A DNA stretch of 64,000 nucleotides, from positions 2,035 through 66,034 of the forward strand of contig JASHPY010000077.1 of NCBI GenBank assembly GCA_030037855.1, read 5' to 3'. Both the position numbers and the translations under genes were made by a program. This document shows, piece after piece, positions 29,498 through 38,246 of the stretch. Source of the stretch: Thermoplasmata archaeon. GTDB taxonomy: Archaea; Thermoplasmatota; Thermoplasmata; Lutacidiplasmatales; UBA184. The notes beneath the pieces are model-generated. The model made no database searches. It saw only the letters and a list, made by a program, of their open reading frames with translations, and was not told the origin of the DNA. Every line of letters begins with the position of its first letter. Position 1 is the first letter of the stretch.

Positions 29498-30187
29498 TCA
29501 GGTCAGCGTGACGGGGACCGAACCGGAGTATCGACCGGCGCCGAGCACGTCGAGCGTGTTCCCCTCGCCGAACGGGGAGCTCGTCGTCTCACCGAACTGG
29601 ATCCAGATCGTGTCGGTCGTATCGACCGGCGTCGTCGCGGAGTCCCCGGTGCCGTAGGTCTCCCAGCTCGTGACGACGAACGGGCTCGACTTCGCGACCT
29701 CGGTGGAGGCGATGACGGTGCCTTTTTCGTTGACGATCGCGACCATCGCGTAGTTCTTCGAGACGTCCCACACGGCGCCGGTCGACGTGACGACCTTGAA
29801 ATTCAGACTCGCGATCGTGAGGCCGGTGCTGGCCGAATCGATCGGCACCGAGTAGCAGTAGTGGTTCGCTTCGCAATACGAGGACGTCTTGCTCGTGCCC
29901 ACGAACTTCCCCGCCGGACCCGCGTAGAACTCCGCGCCGAGCGGTACCGAGGTCGTCGAGCTCCCGTGGATCACCCCCGCGATGAGGATGTACAGCACGG
30001 CCACGAGCACGACCGCGATCGCGACGAGGAGGATCGTCGCGAGCACGTCCGAAACCGCCCGATGCTGACGCCGAAGTCGCCGGCGGAGCTGCTCGGATCG
30101 CAGGATCGACTGCATGGCCCGCTGAGCCCGGGGATCCCGTCGCCCGACGACCGGGCGGCGTGGGGACGTGGCTGTCTGCGAGCCCAT
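29498..30187 (-). CDS. Type IV pilin-like protein (class III signal peptide)
   Basis: Basic leader, then RA/VSDVLATILLVAIAVVLVAVLY. Ser/Thr-rich globular domain with one Cys pair. Confidence 0.82.
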   Translation of the reverse strand: MGSQTATSPRRPVVGRRDPRAQRAMQSILRSEQLRRRLRRQHRAVSDVLATILLVAIAVVLVAVLYILIAGVIHGSSTTSVPLGAEFYAGPAGKFVGTSKTSSYCEANHYCYSVPIDSASTGLTIASLNFKVVTSTGAVWDVSKNYAMVAIVNEKGTVIASTEVAKSSPFVVTSWETYGTGDSATTPVDTTDTIWIQFGETTSSPFGEGNTLDVLGAGRYSGSVPVTLT

Positions 30188-30234
30188 CGTATAAAAATCA
30201 CGCGGCTCGGCGGCCGGCGCGCGGACGCGGTGCG

Positions 30235-30765
30235 CTATCGACGGCGCGTCCCGTTCGGCGGGCTCCGACGGGGCCCACCCTGCGCCCGCTCCCGAAGGCT
30301 CCGCCGGTAGTCGGCCTCCAGGGCCCGACCGAACCGTTGCCACAGCTCTCGGAGGTTCTGCTGTACGGCGGCCGGGCTCGGAGGGTCGGTCTCGAGCGGG
30401 GTCGAGGTTCGGAGCCCCCGAAATCGGAATCGGGTCGTGCCGTCGAGGCCCGGGCGCAATCGGTAGTCGATGCTCCAGGTACGGTAGTTACCGACCGATT
30501 CGGCGTGCCAGTAGCGGGGCGGATGGAGCGTCACCGTCTGTCGGTTGAGGAACCATCCGCCCGCATGATCGCCGAGGTCTTGATAGACGACCGTCCGGCG
30601 CCCGCGGCTCAGGATCCGGCGCGTGTAGGTCTCGCGCTCGATCCGCGGGTCGCCCGGGGAGTAGTCGGTGCACCACCGAAAGACGAACGGGACCGGAGCG
30701 CGGAACGTCGTCTCGATCTCGTGCCACCGACCGGTGTTCGACGGAGGGCCGTCCGGGCTCGCCAC
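30235..30765 (-). CDS. SRPBCC/START-like hypothetical protein
   Basis: F.APV.FVF.WCTDY pattern, beta-strand core, C-terminal amphipathic helix W..F..ALE.DY. Confidence 0.6.
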   Translation of the reverse strand: MASPDGPPSNTGRWHEIETTFRAPVPFVFRWCTDYSPGDPRIERETYTRRILSRGRRTVVYQDLGDHAGGWFLNRQTVTLHPPRYWHAESVGNYRTWSIDYRLRPGLDGTTRFRFRGLRTSTPLETDPPSPAAVQQNLRELWQRFGRALEADYRRSLRERAQGGPRRSPPNGTRRR

Positions 30766-30831
30766 GCCCCCGCGACCCGGTGGGCCCCCATTATCTTGAC
30801 CCCGACCCGCCGCCCGACGAGGGGGGTCGAG

Positions 30832-30862
30832 TGTGAAATCTATTATATATATTTAGGACACA
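30832..30862. promoter_or_regulatory. Extremely AT-rich promoter/operator tract
   Basis: TGTG-AAATCTATTATATATATTTAGGA-CACA, just upstream of GTG 30876 in a GC-rich background. Confidence 0.65.
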
Positions 30863-30875
30863 TAGTTCCGGTCGC

Positions 30876-31442
30876 GTGAAGCTGGAGGCGAGCCTCATCC
30901 GCGAGCCCGGGGAGCGCCCGTTCCCGCGGGAGATGCGAGTTTGCGTACCGCGGAGTCGGGGGCGTCCCCGAGAAGAGTATCGACCTCGGGTCCGTACGGA
31001 GCGGGACGTCGAGCGGCTCCGGCGACACCGAGTCCCTGCGCTGCTCCTCACGTCGGAGTGGGTGACGCGGAGCGGCTACCCCGTCCGATTCCGCCCGTGG
31101 CTCGCGGTCCCGGAGGAACTTGCTTCCAAGATCACGTCCGACTACCGGCTCCTCCCGGTGAAGGACGGGGAGGCCCTCCGAGCCCCGGGCGTCGCCGAGC
31201 TCGTGACCCTGCTGCTGCGGTTCGACCCGCTCGCGGCGCGCCTCGTCGCGGTGCGGAACCGGCGGCGGCTCGACCCGAACGAACTGTATCGGCGCGTCCG
31301 CAACGAGGGGCTCGAGCGCGCGGCCACGCGAGTCCGGCTGCAGGAGTTCGCCGCGGCGCTGCCGAAGGTCGGCACGGCCCTCGATCGCGAGGAGCTCCGG
31401 TGGATCGAACGGAACAACCCCCCGCTCGAGGAGGCCGCATGA
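30876..31442 (+). CDS. Putative antitoxin (AbiEi-like C-terminal region) with an AT-hook-like RGRPR motif
   Basis: PRSRGRPR near the N-terminus. ATGA-coupled to the downstream nucleotidyltransferase. Confidence 0.55.
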   Translation: MKLEASLIREPGERPFPREMRVCVPRSRGRPREEYRPRVRTERDVERLRRHRVPALLLTSEWVTRSGYPVRFRPWLAVPEELASKITSDYRLLPVKDGEALRAPGVAELVTLLLRFDPLAARLVAVRNRRRLDPNELYRRVRNEGLERAATRVRLQEFAAALPKVGTALDREELRWIERNNPPLEEAA

Positions 31443-32017
31443 CCGAACCCGAGGTCGCGGCGGCCGACGCGGTCTTCCGACGCCAGGGGATCCGATACGT
31501 CGTGATCGGGGGCCAGGCGATCGCGCAGAAGGCGGCGACCGCGACGCGCGACGTCGACGTCATGGTCGCCACCGCGGACTACCAGCGGACGCTCGAACGG
31601 TTGCGCGGGGAGAAGGGGCTCGCGTTCGACTGGGAGGACGGGAAGCTAGCTCGGTTTCGGATCCTCGGCCAGGGCGGCGTTCCGCTCGACATCATCGACG
31701 CGGTGACGTTCTCGGGGCGGCGGAGCGGAGAGGAGTTCTTCCGCTACCTGCTCGAGGACTCGTCGGAGGAGTCGGACGGGATCCGGTATGCCTCGCCCGA
31801 GCTCGTCTGGTACACCCGACTCCTCACGAAGCGCTGGCGGGCGTACGCGGAGAAGATCGTCACGAACGTGATCGATGGACTCTCGCCCGGACGGCTCGGC
31901 AAGGTCGATGAGATCGCCCGGCGGTTCGGGACCGACAAGATGCTCGCCGAACGGATCGCGTACGTGCGCGCCGAACTCGAGCGGCCGGACCTCGAGCGCC
32001 TGCGGTCCACGGAGTAG
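31439..32017 (+). CDS. Pol-beta-superfamily nucleotidyltransferase (AbiEii/MenT-like putative toxin)
   Basis: YVVIGGQA...ATRDVDVMV (GG..DxD) with a third Asp in PLDII. GAGGAGG RBS and ATGA overlap. Confidence 0.72.
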   Translation: MTEPEVAAADAVFRRQGIRYVVIGGQAIAQKAATATRDVDVMVATADYQRTLERLRGEKGLAFDWEDGKLARFRILGQGGVPLDIIDAVTFSGRRSGEEFFRYLLEDSSEESDGIRYASPELVWYTRLLTKRWRAYAEKIVTNVIDGLSPGRLGKVDEIARRFGTDKMLAERIAYVRAELERPDLERLRSTE

Positions 32018-32109
32018 GGGCCTCCCTCACCGCTTCGGCGCGGCTTCGGCCTCGCCGGCGTTTCCCGTGCCTCGATACCTTAATCCCACAGAGTTCCGAC
32101 CGGCGCGCG

Positions 32110-33273
32110 GTGACCGGGTTCACTCGCTTCGCGAGGTCGTACCTCGACCTCTGGCTGCTCGTCGGCGGCGCGGCCGCGGCCGTCGCCGCGCTGCTCCTGT
32201 TGGCGCTCGCCCCGGGCGTCGGCGGGTACCTCCCGATCGGCCTCCTTCTCGACGGCGGGGTGGCGATCGGCGGGTCGATCGCGATCCAGTTCCGGCGACG
32301 GGAGCCCTCGCCGCGCGACCCGTCCCCGGACTCGTGGGAGGCGCTCTCCTTCCCAGCGTCTAAGCCGCCCGGGCCGGGGCTTCGCGACGCCGAGTCCTGG
32401 GCCCCGGTTCCCCGCAGCGGCATCGCCCGGGCCGCGGTATCGGTCCATCCCGGCCGCGCCACCCTCGGTACCTGGTGGAGGCGGGGTGCGAGCGAGTCGC
32501 TCGACCTTTCGAGCGGAGGATCGGTCCCTGCGAACGCCCCGGCCGCGTCGCGCTCCGGAGGGTTCTTCTCCTTCCACTCGTCGGCCCACCCCGCCGCGGG
32601 ACGAGCGCGCGGACCGACCGCGGGATATTCCGCCTCGGCGACCGGCAAAGCCGGTGCGCGGCCGATGTCGTCTCCGTTCACCCCCGCGGAACTGGACCGA
32701 CTCTTCCCCGTCGAGCGAGACGTTTCGATCGAGACCCTCGTCGCCGGCCGGGCCGCACCTCCGAGCGAACCGCTTCGGGCCGTCGGGGGACCCGGGCCGC
32801 CGCCGGTCTCGCTCGCCGCCCCCGCCGGGACCGCCGAGGCTCCCGCATCCCCCGAGCCGTTCCCGGGAACGTCTCGCACCCCGACGACCGATTCGGCGGG
32901 GCGGCCGATACGCCACCTCCTCCCGGACCGCTTCGACCGCTCCGGGGCGGAGCGCAGCAGCGTCCCGCCCGTATCGACCTCGAGCCCCCGACTCCTCCGG
33001 GAGGTGGCGAATCCCGTCCCGCCGCACCTCCGGGGAGCGGCCGCGCGCGATCACCGTCCGGTCCCGAGCGCCGTCCCCCGGCGGACCGCGCCCGCCGACG
33101 GTTCGTTGAGCTGTGGATCGTGCACGCGCCCGCTCTCCGACTTCCGTGCCTGGGCCCCGTGCGTCCAGTGCGGCCAGCCGATCTGCCGCCGTTGCCTCAG
33201 CCAATCGTTCGGGGTCGGTGAACAGGGCCTCTGCTGGGACTGCTCCGACCCCGTGCCGAGCCGGGCGTCCTGA
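32110..33273 (+). CDS. Membrane-anchored protein with a long disordered linker and a C-terminal 8-Cys FYVE/rabphilin-like zinc finger
   Basis: Two N-terminal TM helices, Pro/Ser/Ala-rich linker, and C-x2-C-x12-C-x2-C-x4-C-x2-C-x12-C-x2-C at 33112-33243. Confidence 0.7.
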   Translation: MTGFTRFARSYLDLWLLVGGAAAAVAALLLLALAPGVGGYLPIGLLLDGGVAIGGSIAIQFRRREPSPRDPSPDSWEALSFPASKPPGPGLRDAESWAPVPRSGIARAAVSVHPGRATLGTWWRRGASESLDLSSGGSVPANAPAASRSGGFFSFHSSAHPAAGRARGPTAGYSASATGKAGARPMSSPFTPAELDRLFPVERDVSIETLVAGRAAPPSEPLRAVGGPGPPPVSLAAPAGTAEAPASPEPFPGTSRTPTTDSAGRPIRHLLPDRFDRSGAERSSVPPVSTSSPRLLREVANPVPPHLRGAAARDHRPVPSAVPRRTAPADGSLSCGSCTRPLSDFRAWAPCVQCGQPICRRCLSQSFGVGEQGLCWDCSDPVPSRAS

Positions 33274-33311
33274 ACTCGGGCCCCGATCGCGCTCCCGGGA
33301 CGGGGCTCGAA

Positions 33312-33348
33312 TTTATATTACAAGATACATCACGATATATCGTGATGT
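33312..33348 (+). promoter_or_regulatory. TATA box and perfect 22-bp palindromic PadR operator
   Basis: TTTATA at 33312-33317. ACATCACGATA-TATCGTGATGT at 33327-33348 overlaps the padR start codon. Confidence 0.8.
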
Positions 33349-33821
33349 CCTCGACGGAAGACCGCCCGATCTCCCTTCGGCCCGCCCTCCGTCGGGGCGC
33401 CGCGCCCCTCCTGGTGCTCCGCGTCCTCTCCCAGGGCCCGCGTCACGGGTACGGCATATCCCAGGGGATCTCCGAGCTGTTCCTCGGGAACTACGAGCCG
33501 AGCCCGGGCATGGTCTATCCGACCCTGCAGTCGCTCGAGGATCAGGGGTTCGTCCGCGGGGAGCGATCCGCCGGTCGGGTCGTGTACACGATCACCGACG
33601 CGGGACGCGCGCACCTCGCCCGCGCTCGCCCCGAAGTCGAGCGGCTGCTGTCCGGGGCGGCCGAAGCGGACCCGGCCCGACCGATCGCGCGGTCGGCCGA
33701 GCGCCTTCGTCGCACGATCCTCCTGTTCTTGCCCGAGATGACCGCGGATCAGCGGCGGCGCGTCGCGGCCTGGCTCGACGACGTGCGCGCTCGCGTCGCT
33801 CGAATGGTGGAGGGGTCGTGA
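33345..33821 (+). CDS. PadR family transcriptional regulator
   Basis: LRVL..GPRHGY.I, PSPG.VYP.L..LE..G, YTITDAGR. Confidence 0.92.
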   Translation: MSSTEDRPISLRPALRRGAAPLLVLRVLSQGPRHGYGISQGISELFLGNYEPSPGMVYPTLQSLEDQGFVRGERSAGRVVYTITDAGRAHLARARPEVERLLSGAAEADPARPIARSAERLRRTILLFLPEMTADQRRRVAAWLDDVRARVARMVEGS

Positions 33822-34504
33822 GTCGCCCCGACGGTTCCCGAACCGTCGACGGGCGTCGTGCGTTTTGGCTGGTCGTGCTCGGCGTAGTGCTCTACGCGGT
33901 GCTCGACGTCGTCGCGCAGCTCCTCCCTCCCCACTACAGCCCGATATCGCAGGCGGAGAGCGACCTCGCGGTCGGACCGTACGGGTTCGTGATGACGATC
34001 AACTTCGTCAATCGGGGACTCCTCTCGCTGCTCTTCCTCGCCGCCCTCGCCCGCACGGTGCGATCCTCGGGGGGGAGGTGGACCGAGCTCCGCGGGGGGG
34101 CCGTTCTGGTGGGGATCTGGGGGTTCGGAGCGCTCCTCCTCGCGGCGTTCCCGACCGACGTGCCGGCGACACCGGTTTCCTGGCACGGCGCGATTCACCT
34201 CGTGGTCGCACTGATCGCGTTCCTCGCGGGCGCGTTCGGCATCTTTCTCCTGGCCGTACGGTTCGACCGCGTACCCGCCCTCGCACGTACGCGAGCGTTC
34301 GCCCTGCCGCTCGCTGCCCTCTCGATCCTCCTCTGCCTCATCGACCTCGGTCTTCCGTTCGTCGCTCCGCACCTGAGCGGGCGGATCGGCGGGTTGACGG
34401 AGCGGCTGTTCCTCGGTTCCGTGCTGCTCTGGATCCTGCTCGTCTCGCTCGTGCTCGCCCGCGAGCGGCCGGCCGAGGTCTCGCGGTCCGCGGATCCGCT
34501 CTGA
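33818..34504 (+). CDS. DUF998 family membrane protein
   Basis: YSPISQAESDLAVGPYG, FPTD, G.IH, GL.ERLF. GTGA overlap with padR. Confidence 0.82.
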   Translation: MSRPDGSRTVDGRRAFWLVVLGVVLYAVLDVVAQLLPPHYSPISQAESDLAVGPYGFVMTINFVNRGLLSLLFLAALARTVRSSGGRWTELRGGAVLVGIWGFGALLLAAFPTDVPATPVSWHGAIHLVVALIAFLAGAFGIFLLAVRFDRVPALARTRAFALPLAALSILLCLIDLGLPFVAPHLSGRIGGLTERLFLGSVLLWILLVSLVLARERPAEVSRSADPL

Positions 34505-34603
34505 CCCTCGCGGTGCGCCCCGACGTAGCGCGGGAGGGCGTCGCGTGCGACGTCACGTCACCCGCAACGTCTAAGTGGAGGCCGCGGTCCCGCCGTCCTA
34601 CCG

Positions 34604-36229
34604 ATGTCACCGACCCCAGCCGACCGACTCGCGCCCCTCGAGCGCGCGATCGTCGATCACCTGTTCGTCTACCGGCCGACCCTCGCCGCCGGCCTCGGGC
34701 TGCACGAGTACGACGGACGACTCCCCGACCTCTCCCTCGACGCCACGAGCCGCTGGGCGATCGAGGCCCGGCGACTGCTCCGCGAGCTCGGGTCGATCGG
34801 GGAGTCGGGACTCTCCGCCCCCCGCCGGCTCGACCGGAGCCTGCTCGAACTCCTCCTCACCGGGACGCTCTTCGACCTCGAGGAGACTCGCGAGCACGAC
34901 CGGAACCCGATGACCTACCTGTTCCAGCCGGACCTCACGGGCTACATCTCCCGGGACTACGCCCCGGTCGCCGACCGGGCGACGTCGATCGCGCGGGTGC
35001 TGCGCGGGGTCCCGCCGCTTCTCGAGTCGGCGAAGCGGCGGCTGGAAAAGATCCTGCCGAAGCCGTTCGTGACCCTCGCCATCCAGATCGCGACCGGCCT
35101 GCCGTCGCATTTCGCCGAGGGCGAGACGTTCGCCGCCGCCGCGCCTCCGAAGGTCCGGGACGAGGTGCACGCGGCCCGCGTCGCCGCGGACGCGGCCACC
35201 CTCGACTTCGCCGAGTGGCTCCGGAAGGAGCGGCTGCCGTTCGCGGACGACCGATTCCGGCTCGGCGCCGAGAAGTTCCAGCGCCTGCTCTGGGTGCGCG
35301 AAGGCCTGCGAACCCCGGTGGAGGAGGTGCTGCGGCAGGGTCGGGCGGACCTCGCGCACAACCAGGAGCGGCTCGCGGCGATCGCCCGGCGGGCCGGGGT
35401 GCCCGTCGCGGAGCTGATCTCGCGACTGCACGTGAAGCACCCGGGAACCGAGGAGCTGCTGCCGTACGTCCGCCGGCTCACGGACGACGCGCGCGAGTTC
35501 GTGCGAGCGAAGGAGCTCGCGACCATCCCCGAGCCCGAGCTCTGCCACGTGCGGGAGACCCCGCCGTGGGCCCGCGACCTCTGGACCGCCGCGCTGAGCC
35601 CGCCGGGACCGTTCGAGAAGCCCGTCGACGGGATCTACTGGGTCACGTCCGTCGACCCGGCGTGGTCCCCCGAGCAGAAGGAAGGATGGCTGCGGACGCT
35701 CAACTACTCGATGCTGAAGAACACGACCGTCCACGAGGTCTGGCCCGGCCACTACCTTCAGTCCCTCCACTTCCGCCGGACGGAGCAGAGCCTCGCCCGC
35801 AAGGTCTGGTTCTCGTACTCGTTCGTCGAGGGGTGGGCGCACTACTGCGAGCAGGTCGCGCTCGAGGTCGGATTCGACGAGGGCTCGACGGAGGCCGAAG
35901 TGACCCAGATCATCGACGCGTTGACGCGCGACTGCCGGCTCGTCGCGTCGATCGGCCTGCACACGCAGGGGATGACGGTCGCGGAGGCCACGCGCCTGTT
36001 CGAGGCCGAGGCCCACCTCGAGACGATCCACGCCGAGCGGGAGGCGATCCGCGGCACCTACAACCCCGAGTACTTCTGCTACACGCTCGGAAAGCTCGCG
36101 ATCCTCGACGTTCGCTCGAAGTATCTCGGCCCGAAGTTCGGCTCGTCGCTCAAGGGCTTCCACGACACGCTGCTCGCGTTCGGGAATCCGCCGATCGGCT
36201 TCCTGGACCCCTTGTTGGCCGGACCCTGA
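34604..36229 (+). CDS. DUF885 family protein (metallopeptidase-like)
   Basis: HEVWPGHYLQ, FVEGWAHYCE, YTLGKLAI. Confidence 0.88.
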   Translation: MSPTPADRLAPLERAIVDHLFVYRPTLAAGLGLHEYDGRLPDLSLDATSRWAIEARRLLRELGSIGESGLSAPRRLDRSLLELLLTGTLFDLEETREHDRNPMTYLFQPDLTGYISRDYAPVADRATSIARVLRGVPPLLESAKRRLEKILPKPFVTLAIQIATGLPSHFAEGETFAAAAPPKVRDEVHAARVAADAATLDFAEWLRKERLPFADDRFRLGAEKFQRLLWVREGLRTPVEEVLRQGRADLAHNQERLAAIARRAGVPVAELISRLHVKHPGTEELLPYVRRLTDDAREFVRAKELATIPEPELCHVRETPPWARDLWTAALSPPGPFEKPVDGIYWVTSVDPAWSPEQKEGWLRTLNYSMLKNTTVHEVWPGHYLQSLHFRRTEQSLARKVWFSYSFVEGWAHYCEQVALEVGFDEGSTEAEVTQIIDALTRDCRLVASIGLHTQGMTVAEATRLFEAEAHLETIHAEREAIRGTYNPEYFCYTLGKLAILDVRSKYLGPKFGSSLKGFHDTLLAFGNPPIGFLDPLLAGP

Positions 36230-36288
36230 CCCGCCCGTCCGTTCCCGGATCTAGCGGCGACAACTCCTTCTAAGCGGTCGGCCGCTCC

Positions 36289-37083
36289 ATGGCCGTGGCG
36301 AGCTCGACCTGCGCGAAGTGCGGGCAACCGTTACCGGCCGGGGCCGGCTTCTGCACGAACTGCGGGACTCCGGTCGCCGCCCCACTTTCGAGCGATGCCC
36401 CGCCGGTGCCGCCGCTCGACCTCGGGGCGACCGGCGGCCCGGCCGACCCGCCGCCTCCCACCGGTCCGCCGCTCGCCGCCGTGCTCGGGCTCGAGGGCTC
36501 CCGGAAGTTCCTCCTGCAGCACCTCCTCGTCGGGGCCCGCCACAGCTACCGGATCCTCGACGGGGAGAAGCGACCGATCTGCTCGTTCGGCGAGAACGTC
36601 CGCGCGGAGCGCGAAGCGCTCGTCCAGCAGATCTTCCACCCCGCGCCCAACGCGTCGTCCGGGAGCCGCGTCCAGGTCCACTGGGGCACTTCGGGGTTCT
36701 CCGAGACGTGGTTCTGGCTCGTCGAGGACGCCGGGGGGAACATTCGCGGCACGATCACGCTCCAGCAGTCGGGGCCCCGGGGCCGGGCGACCGTGGTCGA
36801 CCCGACCGGCGCGCCCGTGCTCGCGGTGCAGACGCACCGGTCCGGCTTCGAGACGCTCGAGGCGAGCGCGTCCGCGCCGGACGGGCGGCCGACCCTCGAG
36901 GCCCGCGGGAAGCTCCTCCATCATGAGTTCGGTATCTTCGCTCCCGGCGGCGCGGAGGTCGCCAAGGTCCACGAAGCCTGGGCGTCGGTCCGGGACACCT
37001 ACGCCGTCGACCTGCTCGGCCCGACCGACCCGCTCGCGGTGCTCGTCCTCGCGGTCCTGATCGACCACTTCAAAGGGCGCTAG
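36289..37083 (+). CDS. Zinc-ribbon plus LURP-one/scramblase (Tubby-C-like) protein
   Basis: CAKCG..FCTNCG N-terminus; VAKVHEAW..VRDTYAVD..DPLAVL..AVLID C-terminus. Confidence 0.75.
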   Translation: MAVASSTCAKCGQPLPAGAGFCTNCGTPVAAPLSSDAPPVPPLDLGATGGPADPPPPTGPPLAAVLGLEGSRKFLLQHLLVGARHSYRILDGEKRPICSFGENVRAEREALVQQIFHPAPNASSGSRVQVHWGTSGFSETWFWLVEDAGGNIRGTITLQQSGPRGRATVVDPTGAPVLAVQTHRSGFETLEASASAPDGRPTLEARGKLLHHEFGIFAPGGAEVAKVHEAWASVRDTYAVDLLGPTDPLAVLVLAVLIDHFKGR

Positions 37084-37160
37084 CCTCGCGCGCCGGCGAC
37101 CCGCGGACCGACCCTGGTCAGAGGGTCAGGTCTTTATCCCGAGGCTGGTTCCCGAGCGCC

Positions 37161-37601
37161 GTGGCCCCGGCGTCCCGCGAGGAGATCGGCGCGATCGTCG
37201 CGGGCCTGAAGCGCTCGGCGCTGTTGGGCGGGCTCAAGGACCGCGAGCTGAAGCGGCTCGCGGGGCTCGCCAAGGTACGCACTATCGACAAGGGCGCGAC
37301 CGTGGTGAAGCGCGGGGAGAAGGGGATCGGCTTCTACGTGATCCTCGACGGCGCGGTCCAGGTACGCAAGGACGGGAGGCCGGTAGCGGGCCTCGGACCG
37401 GGGGACTTCTTCGGCGAGCTCGCCCTGTTCGACGACCGACCCCGCTCGGCCGACGTCGTCACCACCGATCGGACGACCGTGGTCGTCCTCTCGCGGTGGG
37501 AGTTCTGGGGGTTCGCCTCGGAGCGGCCCGAGATGCTCCGGGCGATCCTCGCGGAGATGGCCCGGCGCCTCGAAGAGACCGGACGCATCGGCGGGCACTG
37601 A
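37161..37601 (+). CDS. Stand-alone cyclic nucleotide-binding domain protein
   Basis: GE.G..FYVILDG.V.V and phosphate-binding cassette FFGELALFDDRPRSADV. No HTH. Confidence 0.9.
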   Translation: MAPASREEIGAIVAGLKRSALLGGLKDRELKRLAGLAKVRTIDKGATVVKRGEKGIGFYVILDGAVQVRKDGRPVAGLGPGDFFGELALFDDRPRSADVVTTDRTTVVVLSRWEFWGFASERPEMLRAILAEMARRLEETGRIGGH

Positions 37602-37724
37602 ACCCCCGACCGGTCCGGGGGACGACCCGACTCCCGACACCGGGGGCTCCGCGCCGCCGCGCGGTCGTCTTGTCCACCGGGGAGGGAACGGTCGGTACCG
37701 CGGCGAGCGAGAGGGGCCCGGCCG

Positions 37725-38204
37725 TCAGCGCAGGATCTCGACCGTGATGATCCAGGCCTCGACGACGGCGATCAGGAATCCGCCGAGGGTGGCGGGGACG
37801 AACCAGTACAGCGCGCCGGTGCTGTTGGTCAGGAGGGCGATGCCTCCCAAGAGGACGAGCACCCACGGGAGCTGGATCTCGACCGTGTGGTTCCGTAGGA
37901 CCGCCCGGAACCTCGGCTCGACCTCCCGCCAGCTGCGCCGCTCGAGAAGGTTCAGCGCGAGGCCGGTCGCGATCGCGATCCCGGCGACCGACACCCCCTG
38001 GACGAAGGGCGACGGCCCGGGCACGAGGAGCAGCGACTCGATGCCGAGGAGGCTGAGGAGGACCAGGAGCGACTGCAGCGCCCGGTTCGCCACCATCGGG
38101 AGCTGGACGATCCGCTGGAGGTTGATCGAGATCCCGACGAAGATCAGCCCCGCGAGCGCGGCGGCGGCGCCGACCTCGGCGGTGAAGAAATTGTCCCAGC
38201 TCAA
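37725..38204 (-). CDS. Conserved membrane protein
   Basis: W.NFF.A..GAAAALAGLIFV.ISIN..I..., ending AW..LVEILR-like; about 5 TM segments. TTG start. Confidence 0.72.
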   Translation of the reverse strand: MSWDNFFTAEVGAAAALAGLIFVGISINLQRIVQLPMVANRALQSLLVLLSLLGIESLLLVPGPSPFVQGVSVAGIAIATGLALNLLERRSWREVEPRFRAVLRNHTVEIQLPWVLVLLGGIALLTNSTGALYWFVPATLGGFLIAVVEAWIITVEILR

Positions 38205-38246
38205 CCCCGACCGCCCCGCGCGAGAGGGCGAGGGGGCTCCGCCGAC

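Noticed and set aside
30832..30847. CRP-like site TGTGA-N6-TTATA
   Set aside because: The second half-site matches poorly and coincides with the TATA box, and the cNMP-binding protein here has no HTH.
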